Origin: Pseudomonadota bacterium
GTDB lineage: Bacteria; Pseudomonadota; Gammaproteobacteria; Burkholderiales; Burkholderiaceae_B
Direction: 5' to 3'
Assembly (NCBI GenBank): GCA_023422555.1
Contig: JAFAGQ010000205.1
Coordinates: 1 to 57,339 of the forward strand
Length of the DNA stretch: 57,339 nucleotides
The notes beneath the pieces are model-generated. The model saw only the letters and a program-made list of their open reading frames with translations, was not told where the DNA came from and did not search any database. Shown piece after piece: positions 9,334-16,838 of this stretch. Position 1 is the stretch's first letter. Every line of letters starts with the position of its first letter. A program made the translations under genes and the position numbers.

Positions 9334-9831
9334 TCAGATGGAATGAAGAATCAGGCCGCGTGGGCAACTGAACGGGATATCATCGTCCATATCCATAATG
9401 TTTGATGTTGCGGCTCGACCGCCGCCAGTCTGCGCAGGACGCTGCTGTTGTGATGTTTGCCGTTGTGGTGGGCTGTATGAGTCATCGCTGCCATTGTCAG
9501 AGCTATCACGACCGCCACCGAGAAGCTGGACCGTATCTGCAATAATGCGCGTGCTGTACCGATCCTGTCCTGACTCTCGATCCTGCCATTTTTGTGTGTT
9601 GAATCGCCCGGCGACATATACCTGCTTTCCTTTCTGGCAATACTCAGAAATAATTTCGGCCAACTTCCCAAAGGCGGAAATATTCACCCATTCGGCGCCT
9701 TCCTTGTCTTTTGATTTCCAGCCTACTGCGATGCTGAAATTGACGATCTGGTCTCCATTGGGGGAATAACGAGATTCTGGGTCTTTCCCAAGTCTCCCAA
9801 TGAATTCGCAACGGTTTAAGTCGTTTGCCAT
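9334..9831 (-). CDS. ssb: Single-stranded DNA-binding protein
   Basis: LNRCEFIGRLGKDPE OB-fold start and acidic DDDIPF tail. Confidence 0.95.
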   Translation of the reverse strand: MANDLNRCEFIGRLGKDPESRYSPNGDQIVNFSIAVGWKSKDKEGAEWVNISAFGKLAEIISEYCQKGKQVYVAGRFNTQKWQDRESGQDRYSTRIIADTVQLLGGGRDSSDNGSDDSYSPPQRQTSQQQRPAQTGGGRAATSNIMDMDDDIPFSCPRGLILHSI

Positions 9832-9832
9832 G

Positions 9833-10414
9833 TTATGCAGGCTCCTGTTCTGGTGTTAGAGCGGCTTTGCGCTCGTCGTATGCTTGTTGGATAGATTTCA
9901 TGTCCGCCCTTACAGCTACTGTCTTGGCTTTTGAATATCGTTTATCTAGTATTTCTAAAGATTCAGCTTCAATGAAGGAGTTGATAATGACGTCTTTTGG
10001 TACTGGCTCTTGTTTTAGCTCCGGTTTTGTTTCCGGTTTCTTACTTGCTGCATTTCCGTCATCATCTTCCGGAGCAACACCGAAGGCAGCTTGCAACGAA
10101 TACCGGCGGGCGTATGTGCATGCTGAACCAAAGCCCTGAGCATCCATCTTTGAAGCTGGCACGTTCAGGACGCCATTGGATAGCGTCTCGCCTGATTCGT
10201 GAATCACGATCGTTTCCACTGAAATGCCGCGTTCGTCATGGTGGAATTTCTGCAGGAAAGCCAGCCCGTGCGCTTCCAATGCTGGCTTGATAGCATCCAC
10301 AACAGCGCCAAGGTCAGCATACTTGCTGCGGAAATGCGGGTTGGTCTTGTCTTTTGCTGCCTTCTCGATCTCGGCCTGCGCCTTCACAAAGGCTGCTGAT
10401 ACTTTCGCTGTCAT
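9833..10414 (-). CDS. erf: ERF-family ssDNA annealing recombinase
   Basis: NPHFRSKYADL and GSACTYARRYSL...EDDDGN ERF signatures. Confidence 0.95.
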   Translation of the reverse strand: MTAKVSAAFVKAQAEIEKAAKDKTNPHFRSKYADLGAVVDAIKPALEAHGLAFLQKFHHDERGISVETIVIHESGETLSNGVLNVPASKMDAQGFGSACTYARRYSLQAAFGVAPEDDDGNAASKKPETKPELKQEPVPKDVIINSFIEAESLEILDKRYSKAKTVAVRADMKSIQQAYDERKAALTPEQEPA

Positions 10415-10739
10415 CTTTATCTCCGATTGGTGCGATTGCTTCTGTCCGACCGCGTGCGCCTCTTATGACTGGATCGGGAAAGTTGGGTAAAAAATACTCG
10501 TCCGGCTTCACGACATCACCCAAAACGGGATTGTGAGCGCCAGGCAAACTACAAATGCCTTGGCGAGATTCGGCATGGGTGGTTCATACGCGATCTTTGT
10601 GTCCCCGGTGAGGGGGTTGATCCATATGCGGGCAACTTGGGGGCGTTTCATGTCCATTCCTCCTGATCGCGCTTCCATGAATCGTGCGCTGCTGAAATGA
10701 GTGTGAGTAGGGCGAGTATTGCGATTGTGGATAGGGCGG

Positions 10740-11129
10740 TCATGGGGATTCTCCCGATAAAGCGAGAAGGTCGTTCAATGCCGCTTGAGCTTGTAGGTGC
10801 TTCTCTTTTGCGGCCTCAAAGGATTTCGTAGCTATGGTCAGCGTTCCTTCTGCTTCTTTCAGCCTCCGTCTGGCTTGAATTATCTTTATTGGGAGCGGTT
10901 TCTGCTCTTCCAGCCACCGATTGTGGGCGCCAACCATTTCAGACGCTGCCGCTCTATCGAAGCGTTCGCCATCCTCCCAACAAACATTCCCAGGCGCCTG
11001 ATCGATCCAGCCCCAGTCGTAACCACCAGTGGTTGTGTGACGATTAGTTTTAATCCCCCACTGGTATTCGTTATGTGGCACCGTGCGTCCAGCGACAGTG
11101 ACCGACTCGGTAGTGACTATTGCGGTCAT
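10740..11129 (-). CDS. Phage hypothetical protein
   Basis: GAGG RBS, ATGA coupling, C-terminal coiled coil. Confidence 0.7.
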   Translation of the reverse strand: MTAIVTTESVTVAGRTVPHNEYQWGIKTNRHTTTGGYDWGWIDQAPGNVCWEDGERFDRAAASEMVGAHNRWLEEQKPLPIKIIQARRRLKEAEGTLTIATKSFEAAKEKHLQAQAALNDLLALSGESP

Positions 11130-11533
11130 ATCAATCCCTCCTCAATCATCAATTCAATCGGCACCAGACCCCATGCGTGCCATTCTTCGTAATTCGCCTT
11201 CCGGATTAATTCATGCGCGACGGTTTGAACACGATCACGCAACATCCTTCGTGCCTCTGCTTGTCCCGTAAAGTGTTCATCTGCCGCAGCTCGAATAATG
11301 CAGTCCTGCGTTTTGGGACAGGCAACGATGTATTCCTGCCACTGTTTCCAGTTCAGACCAAGGAAAAGCTCGGTTTTGCCGTTTTTCAGGTCATTGAATG
11401 GACGGGTAATATGCTCGTATTGGTCAAGCTGATCTATGATTTCGTCGGCGATAGGCGTTTCCGGACCTTCGTATGCGGGGTTGTCAATCCTGCCTGCTTC
11501 CGGTAAAGACCAAATGTTGAATGGGGCGTTCAT
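11126..11533 (-). CDS. Phage hypothetical protein
   Basis: Start MNAPFNIW overlaps the upstream stop; RBS present. Confidence 0.7.
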   Translation of the reverse strand: MNAPFNIWSLPEAGRIDNPAYEGPETPIADEIIDQLDQYEHITRPFNDLKNGKTELFLGLNWKQWQEYIVACPKTQDCIIRAAADEHFTGQAEARRMLRDRVQTVAHELIRKANYEEWHAWGLVPIELMIEEGLI

Positions 11534-11751
11534 GGTTCCCTCGCTTTGAGCATTTCGTCTGCGATCTTGTATGCTGAAGTTGCCCACGTAGTGAAAACAT
11601 CTTTCGGCACATTGCCGTTCTCGTCTTCCCAAGACCTGACCATGAGACCTGTCAGCGCCTTGGCCGCAAAATAGTCCCTCAGAGACATCCCGGGGCTTAC
11701 TCTCGCGTATGGTGTCGGGAAAGCAGTTCCGCCTTTTTTGACGTTGCTCAT
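11530..11751 (-). CDS. Conserved phage protein (GMSLRDYFAAKA family)
   Basis: GGTAFP...GMSLRDYFAAKA...AYKIADEMLKAR motif; GGAG RBS. Confidence 0.85.
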   Translation of the reverse strand: MSNVKKGGTAFPTPYARVSPGMSLRDYFAAKALTGLMVRSWEDENGNVPKDVFTTWATSAYKIADEMLKAREP

Positions 11752-11769
11752 AATTCACTCCATAAAGGA

Positions 11770-12270
11770 TTTCCAAGGCACGCGCACCCGGGGACAAGCC
11801 GGGATAGTCCGGTTGCCGTGTTACGCCGTATTGGATTGGTTGATTGCGGCCTGTGCGGCCTTGGAAAAGGGGAGAGGGCACCCTAGTCAGCGAGGATTAA
11901 AACCGCCGTCGGCATACCGGGAATTCGTCCGACCCATTACCTAACTTCTCAAAGCCGCTGTGGGATTGAGCTTCCCTTTACGCGGCTAGTTACCCTCAAG
12001 TCATGGCGGCTGGACCGTCGGTGCATCCCACCGATATTCTCTCCGCGTCTTAGACTGGCCGTAGTGTCTTGAGCCAGCATCCAACCGCCATGCTTCAGGG
12101 TGCTGGGTTTAAGGAGTCCCCAGCGAACCACGGCACTAATTTTCTCCGCCCGCCACAACAGTTAACGATTGCTGCTCGGCTGGTTTTGGCGTGACCAGCA
12201 ACACGGCTCCTGCCGGAAGCGAACCGGTTTTTTCGTGATCCGGAAACACAGCAGTGCTCAGCGAACTGCC
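11770..12270 (-). ncRNA. Cluster of multibranched structured RNA elements (putative)
   Basis: Closing stems 11770-11787/11853-11867 and 11992-12014/12080-12101 each enclose two hairpins; more stems at 12170-12265; no credible ORF. Confidence 0.55.
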
Positions 12271-12304
12271 ACGCGCATGTATCGGCATTCATGCTTGCCG
12301 TAAA

Positions 12305-12793
12305 TCACCCGCCTATATAAAGCTGGTTTGGATCTCGGTGGCTGGCCGCGACTTGCGTAGCCTCGCCCGGGCAGGATTTGCCGGCAGCGATCCAAGCCTT
12401 CTTGTTCTCGGGCGTGCCGAAGCAATAAAACCTGAGCTTGGCGACATCCTTATCCCCCATCTGCCATGCGACAGCGGCATCCAAACGGGAATTGCAGTAG
12501 TCCGACTCACCAGCGACTGCGCCACCGAAGCCAAAACCTGTTATTCCGATACTGGCCGTGCTGGCGCGTCCACAGTTGTTGTTGCTATTGCCGAACGTCG
12601 CAGGAGCAACATATACGGCCGGCGTGGTGTCAACGCGTTGATGGTGGATCGGATCGGCTGCCTCGAAATTGATATTGCCCGTACTCGCAATCGCACCAGC
12701 ATCGGATTGAGACTGACCAATGCCGTTACTGGTCGATTGAGCAAATGAAATGGCTGGAATCATGAGTGCCAGCGTCAGAATTGTGTGTTTCAT
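12305..12793 (-). CDS. Secreted 4-Cys protein with a Gly-rich beta-hairpin
   Basis: Signal peptide MKHTILTLALMIPAISFA; starts 16 nt after the stop of 12810-13322. Confidence 0.8.
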   Translation of the reverse strand: MKHTILTLALMIPAISFAQSTSNGIGQSQSDAGAIASTGNINFEAADPIHHQRVDTTPAVYVAPATFGNSNNNCGRASTASIGITGFGFGGAVAGESDYCNSRLDAAVAWQMGDKDVAKLRFYCFGTPENKKAWIAAGKSCPGEATQVAASHRDPNQLYIGG

Positions 12794-12809
12794 GTTCCAG
12801 CCCCTGTTA

Positions 12810-13322
12810 TTACTGCGGTGTAGCGAATCCGCTGAAGCCAGCGAAAGCGCCGTTGCCTGTGAAACCGGCTTCTGCGCTGAATGAGCCAGATGCACCAAAG
12901 CTGGTGGTTTCAAAATTGCTCCAGCTATTGGCCGCGTAGTCGTTGCCGACCATTCCTTGCGATGCGCCAGTCGCAAAGCCCTCAACCGTACCGAAAGATT
13001 CACCGGTGGAATAGGAATTGCCCTTGGTGAAGTTTTCAGAGCCGCCGGGCGTGACAGAAGCGCCCGAACCTGCGTAGGCGTTACCTTCGTTGCGGGTTGA
13101 TTGCTGGCTGTACCCAATGCCGCCGGATGCGGTTTCAGCCATGCCACCGCCTGACGTAGCAGAGGATGAATAGCCGTTACCTGAGCCATTAAAGCCGGTT
13201 ACCTGGTATTCGGCGCTGCCGCCACCAGAGAATGACCCGGAAGTCGTGTTGGTGTGGCCATGGGCAAATGCCGTCGAAACGGCGAGCGCGGACAATGCCG
13301 CAATAATGCTGCGTTTGAACAT
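12810..13322 (-). CDS. Secreted Gly/Ser/Thr/Asn-rich low-complexity protein
   Basis: Signal peptide MFKRSIIAALSALAVSTAFA; GGAG RBS; mature part dominated by small residues. Confidence 0.85.
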   Translation of the reverse strand: MFKRSIIAALSALAVSTAFAHGHTNTTSGSFSGGGSAEYQVTGFNGSGNGYSSSATSGGGMAETASGGIGYSQQSTRNEGNAYAGSGASVTPGGSENFTKGNSYSTGESFGTVEGFATGASQGMVGNDYAANSWSNFETTSFGASGSFSAEAGFTGNGAFAGFSGFATPQ

Positions 13323-13390
13323 ATGTTCTCCTGATTTGTTGATTTGCCGACGGACCCGGGCGGCTCGGGTACTGCTGAAAATGGGGTGGG

Positions 13391-13774
13391 CTAGATCGTG
13401 CCGCCAGAGACGGCGATAAGTGCTTTGGCGTGGGCGATGGCGGCTTGTTCGGTTAGGTGAACTATGCCTCTTTTTAGCCTAGACAAATCATGACTATCCC
13501 CAAACCATTGACGCTCATCTGTAAAATCATTGCGATTCAGATGGGGCCAGTAGACCCTCGTTCCTGCCGCAGGCGCAGCCCGCAACGGCTCCGGCACTTC
13601 CATATCGCCAATCTTGATCGTGCTGGGCTTGATGCGGTATGAAAGACTGGGGTCATGAAAATTAGGGCCTCCCCCCGTGTAATCTCGGAACGGCGCTTCG
13701 TCTTTGCTTATCTGAATAGCTTCCCCGTTCGCCCACGCAATAATCACATCCGCCCACTTGTGTCGTTCTGCCAT
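13391..13774 (-). CDS. Conserved phage hypothetical protein
   Basis: HKWADVIIAWANGE...YRIKP...EVPEPLR...GIVHLT pattern; GAGG RBS. Confidence 0.8.
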   Translation of the reverse strand: MAERHKWADVIIAWANGEAIQISKDEAPFRDYTGGGPNFHDPSLSYRIKPSTIKIGDMEVPEPLRAAPAAGTRVYWPHLNRNDFTDERQWFGDSHDLSRLKRGIVHLTEQAAIAHAKALIAVSGGTI

Positions 13775-13782
13775 ATCTCACC

Positions 13783-13977
13783 TCAATTAAAGTGCCGATT
13801 CGCCACATACGCCAGACGGCGCTGCGGGGTGGCGAATTTCATAAGCGGCTCGACAGTCGCATCCACCGAAGTAAGGTATTCAGAACCTTGATCTTCGGAC
13901 AGAAGCCGGACGCTCCCATCCTCATACGTAAACTTCACATCACCATTCAGGATGTTGACCTGGGTTACTTGGTTCAT
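13783..13977 (-). CDS. Phage hypothetical protein
   Basis: AGGAG RBS; operon context. Confidence 0.65.
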   Translation of the reverse strand: MNQVTQVNILNGDVKFTYEDGSVRLLSEDQGSEYLTSVDATVEPLMKFATPQRRLAYVANRHFN

Positions 13978-13998
13978 TTCGTTATCTCCTGTTGATAT

Positions 13999-14195
13999 TC
14001 ACATGAGCGGGCTCGGGCTTGATACCGAGCTAAATGCTGTAGCCCCTACGATGCTTGCGATCGGGTTAGCCTGCTTTGCTTGCATCCGTTTCACCTGTCT
14101 AGCAGGGTTGTCCAGACTTGTACTGGCCGGTGGGTGGCATGGCTTGCATCAGATTGGCTACAGCCGCGTGTCCATCCACGCCGCCGCTCATGTGA
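13999..14195 (-). ncRNA. tRNA-like cloverleaf RNA with an expanded anticodon-position arm (putative)
   Basis: Perfect 12-bp closing stem TCACATGAGCGG/CCGCTCATGTGA, D-like arm, 9-bp GCTGTAGCC/GGCTACAGC arm and T-like arm, with tRNA linker spacing. Confidence 0.7.
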
Positions 14196-14222
14196 TGGCT
14201 CTCGGGGGAAAGCCGGTAGTTC

Positions 14223-14420
14223 CTATTGGGGATCCATGGCGTGTGCTTGGACTAGGTTGTCTTCAGAAGGCGGCACTATCTCAATATGGGAAACGTGCTT
14301 CAACTTCCTCAGGCCGTCTGCGATGCGGTTTGCATACGCCTCGTCTTCCGCCCACATCGCGCATGAGAATTCCGGGTTGTTGTACGTGATGTACTCAATC
14401 CGCCACTGTGCCGAGATCAT
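14223..14420 (-). CDS. Phage hypothetical protein
   Basis: ATGA-coupled to the upstream gene. Confidence 0.55.
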   Translation of the reverse strand: MISAQWRIEYITYNNPEFSCAMWAEDEAYANRIADGLRKLKHVSHIEIVPPSEDNLVQAHAMDPQ

Positions 14421-14575
14421 TTGACCACCACGCCGCGCTGCGACAACCATTTCACAGCAGCGGCGCGTGACTTGAATTGCTTTGACTGACTGAAGGTGAG
14501 GGCAAGGTAGCCGCTTCCGTTCTGCACCAGGCCGCGTGATATCTGTTCGTTGTTGCCTTGATTGATCATTTCCAT
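14417..14575 (-). CDS. DUF1391-like small protein, first gene of the PL operon
   Basis: GNNEQISRG...YLALTFSQSKQFKSRAAAVKWL resembles YdaF/DUF1391; AGGAG RBS. Confidence 0.75.
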   Translation of the reverse strand: MEMINQGNNEQISRGLVQNGSGYLALTFSQSKQFKSRAAAVKWLSQRGVVVK

Positions 14576-14910
14576 ATCTATCTCCTGAAATTCATCTTTC
14601 AACAGCCTCAGCGAAGCGGCTCAAAGATGCCGAAAGCCCCATGTCGAGGCTTCCGCGTTTTACTGCCCCTGCGCAACACCCGTCGCAATTGACGGCTCGC
14701 AGTGTCCCAGGCTATTCCTGGTGGTCATCAAAGGAATATTTGCGCGTTCCCCGAATTTGTCATTCGCGCCTGGTTACCCAGCTCCCAATAAACAAGATAC
14801 GCGCAAGCCATCATGCGCAGCCTTCCTCGCCTATAGGGGTTCCATGCCTTTTACTTCAGCCGGCATGTAGTCGGGCTGGATACCGCAATTTCCGGTATCT
14901 ATTTATCGTC

Positions 14911-14927
14911 CAAGTTGTTAATGAGCA
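14911..14927 (-). promoter_or_regulatory. boxA-like antitermination element in the PL leader
   Basis: Minus strand TGCTCATTAACAACTTG versus consensus (C/T)GCTCTTTAACAA, just downstream of OL. Confidence 0.65.
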
Positions 14928-14960
14928 GATGCATTCGTTTGGTGAGTGCATGGAAAGAGT

Positions 14961-15018
14961 ATAGAAAAATCTATATATCAAGTCAATAGAAAAATCTATA
15001 TTTAATAGATTAATCTAA
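14961..15018. promoter_or_regulatory. OL operators / PL
   Basis: ATAGAAAAATCTAT at 14961 and 14986, ATAGATTAATCTAA at 15005; same palindrome as OR. Confidence 0.85.
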
Positions 15019-15206
15019 ATTATTTTGTAACAGAGGGTTTGCCCGATGCGAAATTCGGGCGAAGAGGGCGGGCGCCAGACGTAAAAAAGCCACCGGGGAG
15101 GAGGTGGCTGATCGCTACCGCTAGCGCGTAGTTGAAATAGTGAAAATAACGGACTCTTTTGTAAGAAGTCTTGATTTAAAACGCAATACCCATAATAATT
15201 ACGGGT

Positions 15207-15518
15207 ATGGGACAAACATTACCTTTTAAGATGAATGACGCGAACATGCTTCGGATCATTCGCGAAATTGCCGAAGATACTAGTCGTGTTTTCATCGTGA
15301 AGCATGCAAAAAAACGTATGCGTGAGAGGAAAATCAACCAAACACAGGTGTATCAGTGTCTTCGGAAGGGTGGTGTTGTTGAACCAGCGCATTTAACTAT
15401 CCATGGCGATTGGAAATGCACATTGCAGTATCGCTACGCAGGGGATGAGATTAATGTTTCCGTCGCCCTTGAACGTGAAGAAAATGGAGATTATTTAGCG
15501 GTTATTACCGTTTTTTAA
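15207..15518 (+). CDS. DUF4258-like putative type II toxin
   Basis: HAKKRMRERKI motif and VITVF C-terminus; upstream inverted repeat ATACCC...GGGTAT (15186-15208). Confidence 0.75.
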   Translation: MGQTLPFKMNDANMLRIIREIAEDTSRVFIVKHAKKRMRERKINQTQVYQCLRKGGVVEPAHLTIHGDWKCTLQYRYAGDEINVSVALEREENGDYLAVITVF

Positions 15519-15529
15519 AGGTGAACTAT

Positions 15530-15964
15530 ATGTATCACTATACAGAGTCAGGACTTCGTAACGTGTGGCTGTCAAATGGCTATACAGAAAGGGTAATTCA
15601 TGGCGAGAAAGCCGTGTCTATTACCGACGCCGATCAACTCCATCAAGTGATTGGTCGTGCTTTGACTCGCAAGCCACATCTGACAGGAGCCGAATTCCGA
15701 TTTCTAAGAAAAGAATTGGGGCTTTCACAAACACGCATTGGACAGATCGTAGGATCCTCTGAACAAACGGTTTCCCTATGGGAGCGACGAGGCAAGATTC
15801 CAGTAGCAACCCAACGCCTGGTCAAGTTCGTTTATTTGGCTCGCCTGGATGGCAACGAAGCCATTTGCGACGCTTTGGACCGGATTATCGAACTGGACGC
15901 AGAATCAGAAGACGATAAACTAGTTTTTGAGGACACAAAATCTGGATGGAAAGAAGCCGCGTAA
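15530..15964 (+). CDS. XRE-HTH putative antitoxin (MqsA/HigA-like)
   Basis: MYHYTESGLRNVWL N-terminus and LTGAEFRFLRKELGLSQ...TVSLWER HTH; directly after the putative toxin. Confidence 0.8.
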   Translation: MYHYTESGLRNVWLSNGYTERVIHGEKAVSITDADQLHQVIGRALTRKPHLTGAEFRFLRKELGLSQTRIGQIVGSSEQTVSLWERRGKIPVATQRLVKFVYLARLDGNEAICDALDRIIELDAESEDDKLVFEDTKSGWKEAA

Positions 15965-16246
15965 TTTTTTTCGTCTTATTATTTTCTCGGGCCGGCGTTT
16001 GCTGGCCTTTTTTTATAGACGCAAAAAAGCCACATGAATGTGTGGCTGGGGGATGGGAGTAGTGATTAGCAGGCCGGGCCCACGCTGGCCATGTCCTGGC
16101 CGAAATAGTGTGCATTTATACTCTGAATGTCATAATTATCAATCGGTTAATGCTGGCCATCCATCTGGCCGAAGCCGGGCCCAAACAGGCGAAATAAAGC
16201 CCAGCACACGGCTGGGCTGTTGGTTTAATTGACGTAGACTGGATAA

Positions 16247-16615
16247 TCAATCCTCGTCCGTAGCCTGAAGATGGGACTCGCGCAGCGCTCGCTTTCTTGC
16301 CCTGGTGTCCCAAACGAGCACACCAAGAACAGCGTTGCAGATCAGCCAAATCATGACAATCATCGACACCCCCATTCCCGCGGAGCGCTCAGTGCCATGA
16401 GGCAAAGCCTGTTTTTGGGTTTCTGTGTCAACAGAATCAAAGATACCCATTGCCACAAGAACCCAGATTATCATCGCGATGTTGAATAGGACAAAGACCC
16501 ACTTCATCGCCTTGCCAAACGCGCTGCGTTCAGGGGAATCCATTCGGTAGCCACATGCCACGCAGCTAGTAACCTCTTGATCAAGTTCGGTCGAGCATTT
16601 CGGGCAAATTTTCAT
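16247..16615 (-). CDS. Zinc-ribbon membrane protein
   Basis: CPKC...CVACG followed by two TM helices. Confidence 0.8.
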   Translation of the reverse strand: MKICPKCSTELDQEVTSCVACGYRMDSPERSAFGKAMKWVFVLFNIAMIIWVLVAMGIFDSVDTETQKQALPHGTERSAGMGVSMIVMIWLICNAVLGVLVWDTRARKRALRESHLQATDED

Positions 16616-16742
16616 GGACTTTCCAGTATTGAGGTCAATCCATCCAATATACACCAAACGTCAAGACTTGGTTGCAGGCAAAATAAAACCCGCCGGAGCG
16701 GGTGTGTCAGTAATATATAATGATGCTTAATGATCGTTAATG

Positions 16743-16771
16743 TTGCATAGTGATTAATAGTGCAGTATTAT
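16743..16771 (+). promoter_or_regulatory. Sigma70-like promoter pointing at the DUF3800 gene 3' end
   Basis: TTGCAT (16743-16748), 17-nt spacer, TATTAT (16766-16771). Confidence 0.6.
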
Positions 16772-16776
16772 TCAAG

Positions 16777-16836
16777 TGCGACTATTTGACCTGTTCCTAA
16801 AAGCAAGTCTCCCAGATTGGGATAGTCGTTCCTAAT
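16777..16836 (+). ncRNA. Putative DUF3800-associated structured sRNA
   Basis: Three-way junction closed by GCGACTAT/ATAGTCGT, beginning at the expected TSS and ending 3 nt from the DUF3800 stop. Confidence 0.55.
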
Positions 16837-16838
16837 AT

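Noticed and set aside
11534..11881. Upstream extension of the 251-aa ORF 11126-11881
   Set aside because: It overlaps the conserved 11530-11751 gene and the structured region; the coupled start at 11533 is more credible.
12794..13189. N-terminal extension of the 294-aa ORF 12305-13189
   Set aside because: It overlaps the real 12810-13322 gene in another frame; the signal peptide and RBS place the start at 12793.
11992..14195. Calling the cloverleaf-like elements true tRNA genes
   Set aside because: No canonical anticodon arm or TTCRA loop, and sizes do not fit; reported as tRNA-like ncRNAs instead.
13952..14964. Plus-strand ORFs 13952-14389, 14080-14424 and 14641-14964
   Set aside because: Antisense to the PL operon, no RBS or motifs, and better explained by RNA structure and minus-strand genes.
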